DNA of 64,000 nt from Zygnema circumcarinatum SAG 698-1b (lineage: Eukaryota; Plantae; Zygnematophyceae): NCBI GenBank assembly GCA_037447605.1, contig CM074815.1, positions 2,418,001 through 2,482,000 on the forward strand. Direction: 5' to 3'. Below, piece by piece: positions 48,734 to 61,674 of this stretch. How positions within the stretch are numbered: position 1 is the first letter of the stretch; the number at the start of each line of letters is the position of its first letter. The translations under genes and the position numbers were made by a program. The notes beneath the pieces are model-generated. The model saw nothing but the letters and a program-made list of their open reading frames with translations. It searched no databases and had not been told where the DNA came from.

Positions 48734-51340
48734 AAACCCATGAAATGCGGAATGATCCCACCACACTGTAACTTTTGCGATGCAATTTTAACATGAGCAT
48801 TGATGTGTTAAATTGATGTATCAAGCGTCTTTTTGTGTAAGTTCATTAAAAGTAGCAGAAGCGTGTGACTGTTTTAGTTAAGAACGCCGATTGGCTGACT
48901 GTAGTGGTGGATGCATTCGAGTTCAAAATGGGTATTTCGCAATTTTTCAGGGGTCTCCAAGGAGCAGCCTACACTAGGAGCACTGGTGTGTGTTTAAGAA
49001 GGGTTTTGTTATGTCGTAACTCCCTCTCCTTTTTCTATTTTCTTTCCACTGAATAGGATTTGGAGACGCGTTCTGTGGTACCATGAGGCAGGACTGGACG
49101 AGGCCCATCTCGAGAGGTTACTGGAATGGAGTTTGTTGGAGGCTTGTATTTTAAATGCATGAAAATGCTTTGTAAATATGTTCGTTTTTGTTCATATGTC
49201 CGTCAGCTTAAGACGCGGCGGTGTTTTGCTTAGAGAAGGGTCAGGGTTGCGGGCTTGTAATTTTGTATCCTAAAAGATGGGGATTTGGAGTTTGTAGGAG
49301 TGGCCAATTTGTGAGGCGGAGGGAAGCTTACATAGAATACATAGAAGCTACAATTGGCGTTGTTTTACAGTTACAGTTCCAGTTTGATACTTTGTCTCTT
49401 CAACAGAAGAGGAGCCCAACTTTATCTCATGGAATGCCATGTTCCATGGGGAGAGTTCGTCATAGAGTGCTTACAGTGTACGGACAGAGTCCAGACAGAC
49501 GGGCGGCGCTGGGCAGCAAAGCCTCCCCTGTTTCAACGTCTCATCATGCCAGCTTTCCTTTACCAGATGAAGTCTGTTCAAAGTCAGGTCTCGTCTCATG
49601 CCAATTCTCGTCCCCGCTTATTGTTTGTGACTTCATCACCACGAAGTCATATTTCACAGACCTCTCCCCTAGTAGTGAAGTGGTGCAAAAGTCGTGACGT
49701 AGAAATTCCTGTTTCTAAACGGAATTTTCCAGCAAACTCCCTGATTATCTGTAAAGAGACCCATCGCCATCGCCTAATTGCTCATGGAAAATCCTATTCA
49801 TCGACTAAGACCATGCCCTGGGCCATAACATTTTTAAACACAAAAACAAGTAAAGCATTGTCATGTTTCCTAGTGCCGTTTGAGTCGCGCGGTCACTTCC
49901 CCCATGTCTGGATGCGTCTCCCTTGAGTCTGCTCACTTTTGCACCATCCTTCCCTCCTTCCCTCCCTTTCTTTCTTTCTTTCTTTCTTTCTATCTTTCTT
50001 TCTTTCTTTCTTTCTTTCCTTCGCAGTCAAACAGTCGCCGCCGCGGTTTTTGCTTTTCTCCGCAGTCCGGCACTGTATCGTACTGTGACGATATAGTCTG
50101 ATACGATATCAATGCGGTGCGATACGATATTGCCTGTCGCGCATTCCGGATCGCCACCGGCCGTCGCTAATGCCGCTCTCCCCTGCCTCTCACTCTCTCC
50201 TTCTCTCCCTTCCACCCTCCCTCCCTCCTTCCTCCCTCCTTCCTCCTCCCTCCCTCCTTCCTCCCTCCTTCCTCCCTCCCTCCTTCCTCTCGCCATGCTG
50301 CATTGCCGCGTGCGGTCCATAGGAGGTTGCACTGATTACTCCAGTTGCGCTGGTGGAAACAAGCGGAGAACGTAGCCATCGGTTTGGCACTTTCTCGCCC
50401 CCTCACTCACTCTCGCTCTTTCTCTCTCTCCCTCTCTCTCTCTCTCGCTCTCTACCCCCCTCCACCTCTCCCTCCCTCTTCCCATCCCCCCCCCCTTTTC
50501 CTCCACTATCGCTTCCTTTCTCGTCGCTCAGCTTACGGGCACGACCACTGCCCTGCTTTTTACCGGGTGCGCGTTTCACCTAAAGCTTTTGAGCGTAAGA
50601 CATCGAGAAATGGGGGGAATAGGATTTGAGATGTACGAAGATTAGTTTCGCAGCTCTCAATTATGAACCTTCTCCCGCTCTTGCCACACTTTTCCTCCCC
50701 TTTAAGAGAACATCGTTCTGCCATTCATTCTTCAACTGCATTTCCTCCACTTTCCATCTAATTCCCATGTGGTACGCCCAGTTTTTTCCCAGTAATCTTC
50801 CCAATTTTGTCTGAGCGGCAGCCTATTCCATTCGCTCGAATTAAACTTTATTGTCAAGTCTGACGAATAAGTGGAAATGTTTGGCTAAATTTCGCAATAT
50901 GGGAAGCGAAGGCGTGAGAGGAAACCTGTCTTCTGTTGTGGGTTGTGCTTGATAGATCCGTTTCTTTGTTTCACTGTGCGTATTTAATTATGCAACCGCA
51001 CCTGGAAAAGAATGCAATTCAGATTAGGTCTATGGAATTGGTTGACGAGCAATGTACAGCTTGGGACGAGGTATGTGGTTGTCTGTCGAGCAATCGACAA
51101 GCTGCAGTATCTTATCTAGCAATCGTATATCCGTGCAGGGCATTCTCCTCCTTCGAGAGTTCTCTTCAAATCACTTCATGTTTGGCGTACGTTTCAATGC
51201 CAGCGTCCATTGCAAATCGAGGGCGAAAGAGGAAAATTTGGGAGCGACTTTTACGTCCTTGATCTTGCAAATTTGGCATCGTTCAAGTGGACGACGAGCC
51301 GAACCTTTGACCTTTGACCCTTTGCCCAAGTCGCCTCTGA

Positions 51341-53986
51341 ATGGCTTCTCCAAGCCTGGGCGGTAAGACACGTGGCATTTATTCTGTGGGACGGAATAGT
51401 CCGGAAAATACAAACCAGTCCCTTGCAAACCGCTCCTTGCAAACCTTTTCGCCGTTGGAGACAGTTGACGTGGACATTGAAATAGGCAACAATCCGTTTA
51501 GTAAAAGTCTAGGCGACTCTGCAAACCCCGTCGGAGGCTCTTCCGCGATACCCACAAGAGCGATGTCGAATACGAAGAACGTCTATTTTCTATTTGGAGT
51601 AGTGGCTTTTGGTATTTTGTTGGTCACTGCTCTGCTGCTTGCCTTTGCGCAGCTGTTTTCAGCTGACAGCGATGTGCAGTACAGCATTGTTATGGACTGC
51701 GGGAGTACTGGGACCCGCCTTTATATCTATGAGTGGAGAGGGGGGGATGCGGGGTCACTTCCGGAGGTGAAAGTGATGGAGGCAGGGAGGGAGGGAGGGA
51801 GTGGGAAGGCTTACAATAGGAAAGAAACAGAGCCCGGACTTGATAAATTTGTAGGAGATGCACAGACTCTACGGGAGAAAGCATTGAAGCCTTTGTTAGA
51901 CTGGGCTGCGGAACAAGTACCCAGACAGAGACACAAGACTACACCTTTGTTTTTATTTGCCACAGCGGGATTGAGAAAATTACCTGAAGCAGATTCTCTT
52001 TGGGTTTTAGAAGAAGTTCGCAACGTCTTAGAAAGCAGTCCGTTTTACTTTGAAAGAGGATGGGCTCGGATCATCTCCGGCATCGACGAGGCTATGTATG
52101 GTTGGATTGCGCTAAATTATGTACTCGGGCAGTTCGGGCAGGGCCACGAATATTTCAGTTTGGGGGCACTTGACTTAGGGGGCAGTTCTCTTGAAGTGAC
52201 CTTTGTTCCTCCGAGGGAAGCCCTCTCCCAAGGCTCCGCAAATGTGACGATTAAATCGCGGGAATATCATTTGTATGCACATTCACATGCGGGCTATGGA
52301 ATGAACGATGGGTTTGATCGATCGGTGACCGCTCTCCTGCATGCCATGGACAGAAATTTGGGAGTAAAGAGTGGCAGTGTTGGAAGTTTTGGGAGCGAGG
52401 AGCACAGAGGAGACGAGCTTAGAGAGCCCTCAAAGAGGAGTGGTAGACTGACTGTTGCAGAAGCAGGGGGAGAAGAGCATGGGAGACGATTAAGATATTT
52501 GGATGCTGTGAAGAATCGAAACCCCATAATCGTAGAGCATCCCTGTCTTCAGAATGGTTATAATGTGACATATGCGCGATCGAAGGTGTTGATGAGGAAG
52601 GCTGCTCAGGAGAGGGAGGAGGGGAGGGAGGGGAGGAATGTGAGGAAGCTTCACGGTTCTGTGGGAGATGCGAGTGTGAGAGGAGAAACGAACGATGGAG
52701 AGAGCTCGTTGGGGTTAGTGAAAGAGGAGGAGAAGGAGAGCTATCGACGGAAAGCTATGGAGGGTGTCCATAGACATAGAGACAGTCCCGCCGTCCTTGA
52801 AGAAGTAGTTCAGTTGGTCGGTGCGTCTAACTGGGACAGGTGTCAAGCCTTAGCAGCAGCAGTGATACGTTCAGCCCCAAAATGTTCAACTCAGCCTTGC
52901 GCATTAGGAGCACATCAGCCGCATCTGAGAGGAAAGTTTTACGCCTTGACCGGTTTCTTTGTGGTTTATCATTTTTTTGGGCTGCCCGGAGACGCCCCAT
53001 TGGACGCACTGCTTGAGAAAGCACGTGCTTTTTGCGGCCGGCCATGGATGGAGGTGGAAACTGAACTCGGGGAGGTGCGGGGAGTCGATAGAAACTGTTT
53101 TCGTGCTCCCTATGTGGTTTCTCTTCTAAGGGAAGGGTTGGGACTTTTGGACAGCCAAATCACTGTTGGGTCAGGCGACATGACTTGGACATTGGGAGCT
53201 GCTCTCTATGAGGGGGGTTCAGTTGTGGGTAGTGTGCGAGCAAAGTCGACATTGCCTCTCCCTCCCGAGAGAGCTAAAGCAGCAGACCTTGTGAGACAGG
53301 GGAATGTGGGAGGGGAGTCGGAAGGGAGGCTCAATCAGCACACGACACGTCTCCTTGTGATGATGCTCGTGGTTTGTGCTGTTGGCATCTTCATAACAGT
53401 CCGACGGTGGACCTCCCCGGGTGGATCACTCCGGAGGGGAACCCTTGTGGGGCGAAGTTCAACTGGAGGGCAGGGAGTGTATGCATCGTGGATATTTGAT
53501 TTTTCGACAAGCGGAGACAACAGCAGCTACAGTGGAAGCGGAGGACGGTTCAATCCCGGAGGGCGAATCGGTGAGTGAGGTCAGAGCCTGCCCCTCCACA
53601 ATGACAGCCCAAACCTGCAATTGGGTGCCCTAATTTTGCATCATAATTCACCCACAGACTTACGGCTCCCTCTTCTTACTGTGACCCTCTCCCCTTTACT
53701 GAATGGGCCAAACTAAAGGTAATCCATGGGTGCAGGAGACCGAGGGAAGCATCTCAGCCACTCTCCCGATCGCAGCGAAGTCCTGAAAGCTCGAGGAGCG
53801 CGAGGCGAGTGGGCGGAGAGGGGGGTTGCGGCGGCGGAGGAGGGCGGGAAGGGGTCGGTCGAGAGGTCGAGCCATGGCGGGTGTCCCCCCCAGCCCTCCC
53901 GCAACGTGGCGCGGCGGACGGCCTCGCAGGGGGACATGAGCCGCTTCGATGCGCGGAACGACGACGACTCGAAGGGAGAGAATTGA
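51341..53986 (+). CDS. APY7: Apyrase / NTPDase (GDA1-CD39), APY7 type, with N- and C-terminal TM helices. Exons 51341-53570, 53736-53986
   Basis: ACR motifs DCGSTGTR, ATAGLR, SGIDEAMYGW, DLGGSSLE, TWTLGA; two hydrophobic segments; a phase-1 intron joins GRIG to DRGKH...RRTASQGDM. Confidence 0.93.
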
Positions 53987-54522
53987 CGCGGCGGCTCGCC
54001 ATGAATGGGGCTCGAGTCGACGACATTGGGCTTTTGCGAACACATTAGTCTGCACCCGTCGTTGTTTAACAACAACAAGCCTTTTGTACTAAATTTTTAG
54101 CGTGGCGGATTAAGAATAGGATTGTAGGATTGTACATTCTTGTAATTTCACACATGATGTGGCGCATGCGCTTTGAGCTATGTTCAACAACACACGACAT
54201 TCTCCCTCATGGGCGAGGGGATGGTTCAGATGTACTTTGGCGACGCTCAGCCGGTCAGATGCGTCCCCCGCGCGTGTGACAATGACACGCGTACGGCTCC
54301 GATCAATTGTTCTCGATCGTTTCCATGGACCGTCGTTCCATGCTCGCCGTTCCGTCGAACGGTCTCAGCGCATGTGTACCGTACGGATTCTGTAACGTCC
54401 CGGTTCCACAAGTCGCCCAGGTCCACGCCATGTTCAAGGTGGACCTGAGGAGTGGATAGTCGAGTGCCCTCGAGTTTAACCAACGCTCGCAGCGTGCCTC
54501 TGCGGGAGTCGAGGCGGCAGCC

Positions 54523-57225
54523 ATGGAAGACAGGTGAGCGCGGGGCCGTGCGGTAGCGTCTAAACTTATTATGCGCTGCCTTATGAATGCTCTCTATGCT
54601 TAATAAAGGCTCATTCCTTTCCCCTGCAATTTAACCCACCTCTCCTGTTGCAACATCGCTGTCTGTAGATGTTTCCTTTCGCGGAGTTAAATGCATCGAG
54701 TTTTAAGCAGACATGGTTTTTTCTTCCACCTTAGACGCTGCTTTTAAACGCAATCATAATCGCATCCTAACCCAATATTACTTTGGTTTTAGGCCTAGTT
54801 TTAGTGTTTACCGTAAAACCGGTCCCTGACCGTCGATGGTTCCGCACTCGCAAAGGGATGTGCTGAAAAATCGCAAGCTTTTCTGGCAAAAAAAAAAAAA
54901 AAATTCTCCCTTGCACTTACAAGGCCGTCTCCCTTGTTGCATTTTCTTCTCCGGGACAGATTCAATTCCCCCTCCACAAAGGTGGTTGAGATAGAAGTGA
55001 TGAACCACACCCTCCGCTTGGCCCAGGTACTGCATGCATGCTCTCTCGGGTTCCCTAGAAAGTAACTACTTTAATTCTGATTTCTGGAGACTTTCTTTCT
55101 TTTTCCTGATTTTCTTGCTCGAAAAGCATCTGAGCGCCTGTTTGTCCTTGCATTTGTGACCCAATTCAGGACCCTAATTCACAAAACGTCGGAACCACTG
55201 TATGGGACTCGTCGCTGGTGGTGGCCAAATATCTCGTGAGCCGACCATCTCCTCACAGCCTCACTCACTCAGATAAATCATATTTGCTTACTCTGTTTCA
55301 TTTTCCTCTGTATTCACAGTTGACTACTTCGTTTGAAGCAGGAGAAAAATAGTCGGGCGGGTGAATTTTCTCGCAGCAAAGTGACTGGAAAAAGGTGCAT
55401 AGAACTCGGTGCAGGATGTGGTCTGGCGGGAATAGGTGCGTCTGTGCCCTAATTGTCTCTGTTTTCATCATACATGCACCCAAGTGAAATCGTGGGGATT
55501 CTCATGTCCCGGAGATGGCCTTTTTGGACAAATGCTGTGAGTTGATCGGTGTGGAATCTGGGTCCACCAGGCTTCGCCCTCTTGGGCTGCGACGTGGTGT
55601 TGACGGATCAAGCAGACGTGCTGCCCATATTAAAGCAGAACGTGGACCGGAACGGATCCATGGCCCACATGGCAACTTCTGGCGATAATTTTCTTGGTAA
55701 GAAGATGATCTCGGTTTCAAACCACGTAGTCTCGGCTTCAAGGCTGAAATTAGCTGCATTTCAAAACAAAGGCTTTCTGTGCAGGTCCAATAGGGAAAAT
55801 GGACGTTTTGGAGCTCGACTGGGGGAATGCGGCGCACATTGATGCCACGAATCCGCCGTTTGACTTCATTGTGGGCACCGACGTGGTAAGTTCACCGTTG
55901 TTGACTTTATCACATTTGGTGCGAAAGCTGATATAAATGGGGTAGGAGAGGTCTCTTTGTCGTTGAAAAAATCTTTCGGAATGATTTGTTTCCAAAGTTT
56001 CATGCGTGCTTTCTGCCACGGAGTGAAAAAGTAGTCCTTGTCGTGTTCTCTGTACAACGGAGTGCAGGTCTATGTGGAGAACATGGTGGAGGAATTGTTC
56101 GACACCATGTTGCGCTTAAGTCATCGAAGGACGGTGATTTTGGCAAGTGACAATCTCGTTGTGGCTATTGTGGGAATAATGTCCTTCCGCTTTTGCAGAA
56201 ACGATGGATACTATATTGCAAGTCACATTTATAACGGGGTTTTGGGTCGTTCTCGAATTTCAAATATGTGCAGTTGGGCTATGAGTTCCGATCGATGACA
56301 GTGCACGAGAGACTCCATGCGCTCTGTCGGCAGCGTTGGAATGTTAAGCAGGTCATGCGGCGGCAGGTGATGCATCGACTTTGCCGTTTCTGCATGGCGG
56401 CGAAACTGCTCTAAACTTCATCAAGAACAACAAAAAAAAAAAAAAAAAATGAATCCGACTTTGGTTTTTTTGTTTCGACCGAAATGGTAAAGCTCTATTT
56501 CACACAGATGCCAACGTGGCACCTGCTGGTTGGCCAGATGGATTCGCACTACCAACACAAATCCATCGATCTCTTTGTCATGAAGCGCAAGGGTGGTCCC
56601 TTGCAGGTGAAAGACATTTTCCTTCCAAATAAGAAAGGCTTTCTGACCCAAACTCGCCCAATACAGTCCACATTTGTTGCCCGTTTTGAATCATCGATAA
56701 CCTGTGCGCCTTAACCGTAGCAGCTCGAGCTAAAGGGGAAGAGAGAGAGAGAGGAAAAGGTGGAGAGAGAGAGTGAAAAACTTATTCTTGTGTCGATTAA
56801 AATGTCTCGTTTCCTTGGGTTTGCAGCCCGAAACTAGCGGTTCGAGCATTGTGGCTCGTGCTATGGCGACAACTCTTGTCGACGAGGAAAAGCCTTCCTC
56901 TCTAAGGACACCCTCTTCTCCGAGTGATAGGGAGGCAGACGATGCGGAAGCTGTGAAGATAGCAGAGAGCTGTAGGGAGGAGGGGATTGCCCTTAATGCC
57001 TATGAGAGGGTACCCCTCGAGTGTGCTGCTACACCTGATTCTGGAGGTCTACACATGGAGGTCATGGATGGAAGTGAGCAAAGCGATTTGGGGACCTTGG
57101 AAGGGGAGAATGAGGAATGTACGGAAGCAGAGAGGCAGACGAGAGTGCATGGCGATTGGGAGACGCGGAGGGCAGGGGCGGAGGCAGCGCGGCTGCTCGC
57201 TTCAATTATAGCCCCAAGTCAGTAG
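54523..57225 (+). CDS. METTL21-like lysine methyltransferase (Methyltransf_16, plant type), multi-exon
   Basis: MEDR|FNSPSTKVVEIEVMNHTLRLAQ|DPNSQNVGTTVWDSS, KRCIELGAGCG, LTDQADVLP, LELDWG, PFDFIVGTDV, LGYEFRS, C-terminal GDWETRRAGAEAARLL. Confidence 0.88.
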
Positions 57226-57566
57226 GCTCGGTGTTTGGAGGAAGGCAACAGATGAATCTCATTTGAAAAAGAAATAAGAGAAATGGAAATGGAAACATGT
57301 CTTTTTGTGATGCAGACCTGCAGATGAGGCTGGTTGATATCTGCCTGTGACATCAGAAAGTGACAGGCGCTATGGAAGCGTTCAATTATTTTAAAACTTT
57401 CTACAAAAAAAAAATGCTCGGGTTGAGCACAACTTGGCTTCTTGAAAAGAATAAAGAATTGGTCATGTAACGACTCTTTTATGCTACATAGTGCTAAAGT
57501 GGGCAGGACCTGCTTTGCCCGAAATTACTGCCAGACCCGTCTGCGTGTCAGATTGAATTTCAGTCT

Positions 57567-59455
57567 TCAGTCGCTGTTGGGTCGACTCAGGCCACTGTCT
57601 GCGTTGAACCATTTATCCGACGGCACGCCTTCAGAAGGTCCTGCAGCCCAGCAGCAACGGTCCCCCACATGGAACCTCTTGTTCCGTGTTGGGAGCTGTT
57701 CCGTAGGAAAACGGAACTGTGCAGCCAAGCCATCCTTCGCGCTCCGACTGTCCGAAGGAGAGAGCGATGGCCGCTGCTTGCCTTCCCCTGTGGACGATGA
57801 TGCCAAGTCAAAGGATTTTGACCATTTCGAAAACGCCACGTGTCGGTAGCTCCGGTCGATCCCCAAAGAGATGTCGCTTCTGAGGGAGAGGCCGGAGGGG
57901 GCGGGGGAGGGAGGCGCCGCGTCTGCCGCCGTCTTGCATTGTGGCGGGCACTCGGGGGACTTGGAATTGGGCCGGCAATGCTGCAGAATCCATGGATGTG
58001 CTGCAGCAAGAGGACACGCGTCAGCAATGCTTTTGTCCGCAGTTGGATTATAGTTAAGATGCCCTTCTCTGCGAGTGGAGCAGTGGGGCGCGAATTGCAC
58101 CTTGCGCCGCGTCAAGTGTGATTCGCGCCTTGGGGTCGCGGCAGAGCATGCGGCCGACGAGGTCTTTGGCTCTGGTAGAGACAGTTTTCCATACGCCGCG
58201 GTCGAGGCCGACTTCGCCGTCTCTGATCATTTGAAGGAGCTCTTCATCCGTCTGAGCAGAGAATGGACGCTGCCCGCTCAACAGAATGTAGAGAGTTATG
58301 CCCAAACTCCAGATGTCCACTTCTGGACCGTATGAGCAGTTGAGGACCTCCGGCGCGACATAGTACCTGTCGACGGAACGAAAGGCAATGTGCAACGGAG
58401 TCAACGTTTATTCGAACGTGGGTATCATTGCCTGACGACAGGCATAACTTGTAATTTGTAGAGATGTCAGCATGCAGATATTGAACTAGGAGGCGTCCGA
58501 GGCGGTGATGCAACAATATGAATGTGTATTTTTGGGACACAAAAGTGTACTTGTGAAATACAGACGAAATCAAGGTGCGAGTAGAGAAGTGACCCTACAT
58601 GGATCCCACAGGCCGCGTAAGCTCCTGTCCGTGAACAAAGAACGCCGCCTGTCCGAAGTCTGCGAGTTTGACGTCCGTCTCGGAATCCCGCGACACCATG
58701 ACCACGTTTTCCAGCTTCACATCGCGGTGCACGATGCCCTTCCCGTGGCAGTAATGCAGCGCAGACAGGATCGTCTGACACACGTGCGCTGCCTCCCGCT
58801 CAGAGAACCGCTTCCGCCGCCTCATGCGGTCGACGAGATCGCCGCCTTCGCAGAGCTCCGTGATGATGTGAACGTTCTGCAAATCCATTAAAAAGACCAT
58901 CAGGATCACGTACGTACTAATTATACCGCGAATCGCGACATCAGAGAAGAATTGTGAGGAGCTGCTGACCTCCTCGTCTTCGAGTACATCCCAGAGAGTC
59001 ACCGTGGCTGGATGCTTTCCCATCACTTGCAGGGCGCAAACCTCCGAGCGAACGCTGTCTACCTCGGCCCTCGACGCCATGGCGCGCTTCTCCAGCGTCT
59101 TGCAAGCCAGCACCTGCCCCGTGCAGAGGTCCTGGCAGCGCCGCACTCGTCCGGTCGTACCCTCTCCGACGAGAGCGCCCAGCTCATAGCGCTGCCGGAT
59201 GTCGCTGTACGGAATGTGGAGGATCCTCTCCGTGTGGTCGGGGGGGGCCCTCTGCACCGAGGGAATAAGCGGGAGGCGCAAGGCGCAGGTTACGGGAGGA
59301 GGAGGAGGCTTGAGCTTGCACTTCAGGCGAGTGCGATAATGGAACTTTCGGGAAGATCGGGGAGAGGCGAGGGTCACTGCGGCTGACAGCGACGATGGCG
59401 ACGAGGGTGGCGCGGGCACGCGGCGTTCAGTCGTCCCTCTCGCTTTGGCCCGCAT
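57567..59455 (-). CDS. PEPRK-like kinase, copy E. Exons 59455-58970, 58876-58599, 58366-58101, 58000-57567
   Basis: VGEGTTG, LACK, HRDVKLEN, DFGQ, GSMYYVAPE, HPW; same intron positions as the other copies. Confidence 0.92.
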
Positions 59456-59559
59456 TGGGAGGGAGGTGAGGGAGAAGGAGAGAGAGAAAGAGGGAGAGAG
59501 AGAGAGAGCGAGAGAGAGATGAAGGGGCGGGGGTGCAAGCGGAAGGGAGGGAGGTAGCC

Positions 59560-60860
59560 GCAGCCGCCAGCCTCTCTCTGCCCGTGAGCTGGCCGCGGCG
59601 AGTTAAAGAAGACGCGATGGCAGCCGCCGCCGCTCCACCTCCGCTGTCGGAACGGCGGCGGCAGCAGCCGTACGGATGGACGGGGCCGCCCGCCGTCGGC
59701 AGCCACCACGTGGCGCGCACTGCGCCCTCTGCGCTGGCCGCCGGCCTACGCTCCCGCGGCCTAGCCTTGACGCCGCGGGCAGCCACCGAAATGTTTGCCC
59801 AACGGGCAGATCGTGCCGCCAGATCCGGCCGAGCGCGGCGGCCACGTGGCGCCACGCAGCCGCAGGGCGGCGATAGACCCGCTCGCGGCCGACCAGCCGT
59901 ACGGCGCGGAGGGCAAGTTGCTACACAGGACCAATCGTGTAGCGGGGTCACATGTGTGAAGGCGAGCCCTGGTCGTTTGGGCCAGTCGAACGACGGATCT
60001 GCGAATCAATGCGAGCGCACATGACGACAGAGACCGTCCGTACGAGGGGGCCGCGCGGTTAGCTTCAACCGGCCAATGGTGGCGAGGATGGGGACAAGAA
60101 ATGCCGACAGCCGTACAGGCCTCGAATCAATGTTATCGAAAACGACACACATGGACAAAACCGTACATTCAAATCTCGCTGTTGTGACATAAAATATCTC
60201 GTATCACGTTGACAAGGTCTTGCAGAAAAGATCTGGAACCACTCGGTTCGTATCTGAGGATATCCAAAGCATCCCAAGATTCCGTCTGGGGGCGATTTTT
60301 CTCTTGCATTGAAAATCGTTTCGGATTCAGCCGCAATCTGGGCGGTTACTGGCCCTTTGGACCCCTCGCGGTCGACACGTCTCCCGGCCGAATCAGATGC
60401 GATACGTACCTTTCCTCAGATACGGAGTGAGTCAAGATCTGGCGGTGCCACTCTTTCTTTATATGTCAGTACGGAGGCTATTGCTCTAACCGCATGCCGT
60501 ACTGAAGCGCCGCGAGGAGGGCGTGCCGCCCGCGAGGCGCAAGGCTGGCGGCGGCGGCCGGTCGGCCGCCCGACCGACCGCCGCCGTCCGTCCGTCCGTC
60601 TGTCCGTCCGCCGGAGCGCCGCGGGCCAAGGGCGCGCGCGTTTTAGGGCTTTCAGGGTTTTAGTGGCCGCGGCCATGGCGGCTCGCCGGCGCAGGAGTGA
60701 AGCCCCCGCGGGGCGCAGCGTCGGGGCGGGCAGTACGTGTCCCCGCGCCGCGGTCTGAGGCAGGCTGCTGGCCCACACGAGGAGACCGCGGCGGGTTCGT
60801 ACCCGGACCCTCCTCGAGCTCGTCCCGTGTTTGGCGCGCAGAAAAACAGTGTGTACGTGC
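59560..60860. promoter_or_regulatory. GC-rich islands upstream of kinase E (G-boxes 59707, 59843), possibly bidirectional
   Basis: Composition and motifs seen directly. Confidence 0.45.
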
Positions 60861-61674
60861 TGCCGATCGCGGAGGAGTGAACCGGGACATGGACGAGCAC
60901 GCATTCAAATATTTCGGTCGGGTTTTTTAGATTTCTTTCTTAAAATACAAGAACAAAATGACTGCAATAGCATAATCTAGAGAAGCAGTTACATGATACC
61001 TAGAAAAGGTGGCTGGTGCTGAATTGTGAAATTGGTTCGTCTAGGCAAACCAACATTCTGCATTTCCGCCGCTCCCACAAAGGCGTACACTTCCCATTGC
61101 AAGAATCTGGCCCCATTGTCGCACAGACCGGCACAGATTAAGGGTGACGATAGTTAAAAATGAAAGCCCTTGGGATTGATGTCCCGGGCATTAAGGCACA
61201 TAACTTACTTCTACGGCCCAACCTCTCAAACTAACACCGCCTGAGGCCTTTCTACAGTGTTCACTAACGACTACAACCTATCAATATCGGCCAAAACTGT
61301 TTATGTACACGAAGCAAATCTTTTTCGCTTGTATCGCCGTTGGACGTTCTTTTCCGCCGATCACCTAAAGGAGAGCTAACAAGGCTAGGCGGTAGCCTCG
61401 CAAATACCATTCTATGTGGTGGGCCACAGAAGAAAATTCGTGCGTTCATGTTCTTTTTCTTAGAATCTTGCACCTACAAAGACATTCGGGGGGTCGCAGT
61501 GGAGAAGTCACCCCACCGAATGTGGGTTCACATGCGAAGGACAGTCTCCATCAGTCCTGCAGCAATCTGCCGTCCTCGGCAAGAGCTCTGCGACCGGGAA
61601 TAGTACAGGATGGTGGTACTCATACGTGAACGAACATGTTGAAAAGGAGGAATATGTCTGACACAATGCTTCGT

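Noticed and set aside
49221-49926. 158-aa and 190-aa ORFs between MCCA and the apyrase
   Set aside because: No motifs and overlapping frames; probably UTR or intergenic.
51341-53578. Apyrase as an intronless retrocopy or horizontal transfer
   Set aside because: A phase-1 intron and a second exon (53736-53986) are present, and a very long first exon is normal for APY7-type genes.
60674-61629. Possible small + strand gene convergent with kinase F
   Set aside because: Could not assemble a phase-consistent model or recognise a domain; left unannotated.
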